In this document: in pieces, positions 63,111-64,000 of the stretch
How positions within the stretch are numbered: position 1 is the stretch's first letter
Layout: every line of letters starts with the position of its first letter
Virus record (IMG/VR): IMGVR_UViG_2877251553_000001
Span: 1 to 64,000 of that record
DNA length: 64,000 bases
Origin: a virus
Taxonomy: Duplodnaviria; Heunggongvirae; Uroviricota; Caudoviricetes
Direction: 5' to 3' (one strand)
Translations under genes and position numbers: made by a program
Notes under the pieces: model-generated
Told to the model about the DNA's origin: nothing
What the model saw: only the letters and a program-made list of their open reading frames with translations
Database searches by the model: none

Positions 63111-63582
63111 CCGGGTGGCATGGATAAACCCGGAAGAGAGTAAATCAAACCGCGCAATTGGCGTTGCGCTGAATGATACTGCATGTCGCGTATTGAAAAA
63201 ACAAATCGGGAATCATCACCGTTGGGTATTTGTGTATAAGGAAAGCTGTACCAAACCAGACGGAACGAAAGCGCCAACAGTCAGGAAGATGCGGTATGAC
63301 GCAAACACAGCCTGGAAAGCGGCGCTGAGACGAGCAGGTATTGATGATTTCAGATTTCACGACTTGAGACACACCTGGGCAAGTTGGCTGGTTCAAGCCG
63401 GAGTCCCGTTATCAGTGTTACAGGAAATGGGAGGCTGGGAGTCTATCGAAATGGTTCGTCGATATGCTCACCTCGCACCTAATCACCTTACCGAACACGC
63501 ACGGCAAATAGACTCGATTCTGAACCCATCGGTCCCAAATTTGTCCCAGTCAAGAAATAAGGAACGTACTAATGATGTGTAA
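63110..63582 (+). pseudogene. integrase 3' fragment (about 98 percent identical to the C-terminus of int at 1459-2622), truncated by IS insertion
   Basis: ...[17 protein letters not shown]...[10 protein letters not shown]...VRRYAHL... with two substitutions versus the prophage int; followed by TTTAAATCAATAAG-type att junction in inverted orientation. Confidence 0.8.
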
Positions 63583-63809
63583 CTTATTGATTTAAATGGA
63601 TAATAGGAACAATACACATAGGCGATAAGCTTTGTTTTTGTTGCCTTTTTTATTGTTCATTTTTTATAGATACCCCCAAAAGTACCCCCATATCTTTTTC
63701 CGCCCCTGAAATTTGGTTGTTATTCATACAGCATATCAGGCGGTAACGCTCTCCCTTTAACCCACTTATTGTATGATAGTGCTATCCCACAATAAGGAAT
63801 CAGCCAGCC

Positions 63810-64000
63810 ATGAGAATGACCAGTCGCAAAAAAGAGATACTTAGCTACTTTGAACCGGATAACCTCGAATGGGTGACTGGTGAGATTGGTGCGCCGCCGT
63901 TCGATGTGTCGGGTGTGGCCTACCTGCTTCATGGCATGGTGTCGTTCGATAAGCGTCACCAGCTCGAATCAACCCGGCGCACACTGGAAAGCATGGTTGC
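63810..64000 (+). CDS. hypothetical protein, 5' partial (runs off window end)
   Basis: ATG with AAGGA RBS; open to the window end (MRMTSRKKEILSYFEPDNLEWV...). Confidence 0.3.
   Translation, partial: MRMTSRKKEILSYFEPDNLEWVTGEIGAPPFDVSGVAYLLHGMVSFDKRHQLESTRRTLESMV

Overview
This window looks like an Escherichia/Shigella-type chromosome segment: proA and tRNA-Thr (thrW), then a ~47-kb lambdoid prophage integrated at thrW, then a P4-type integrase island and a dense IS cluster. All protein identifications are from reading the ORF translations against remembered families; no database search was run. The prophage carries CPS-53-like early-left genes (yfdP/Q/R/S/T-like), a cI/cro switch, an O-like replication gene with iterons, a Dam-like methyltransferase, RusA, KilA-N and Q-like proteins, a second methyltransferase, a holin/SAR-endolysin/Rz/Rz1 lysis cassette and lambda-like head and tail genes (A, W, B, C/E, Z, U, V, G/T, H, M, L, K, I, J, lom, stf, tfa). 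Three accessory loci are the best candidates for an undescribed system: (1) an AT-rich two-gene operon between Q and the late genes (13265-14593: 273-aa protein plus 160-aa multi-TM protein, no recognisable domains); (2) a GIY-YIG nuclease-like gene next to an EcoRII-like restriction-modification pair at the prophage right end (43113-46979), flanked by three copies of a ~30-nt motif; (3) small AT-rich ORFs between the P4-type integrase and alpA (50132-51088). Downstream lie a 46-bp thrW 3' direct repeat, IS110-family, IS66-family, two inverted IS911 copies (one carrying IS629), an IS3-family fragment, and remnants of a second related prophage with a truncated integrase. Many genes are split by -1 frameshifts at homopolymer runs; these are most likely sequencing artefacts (single-base deletions), so merged gene spans are reported.
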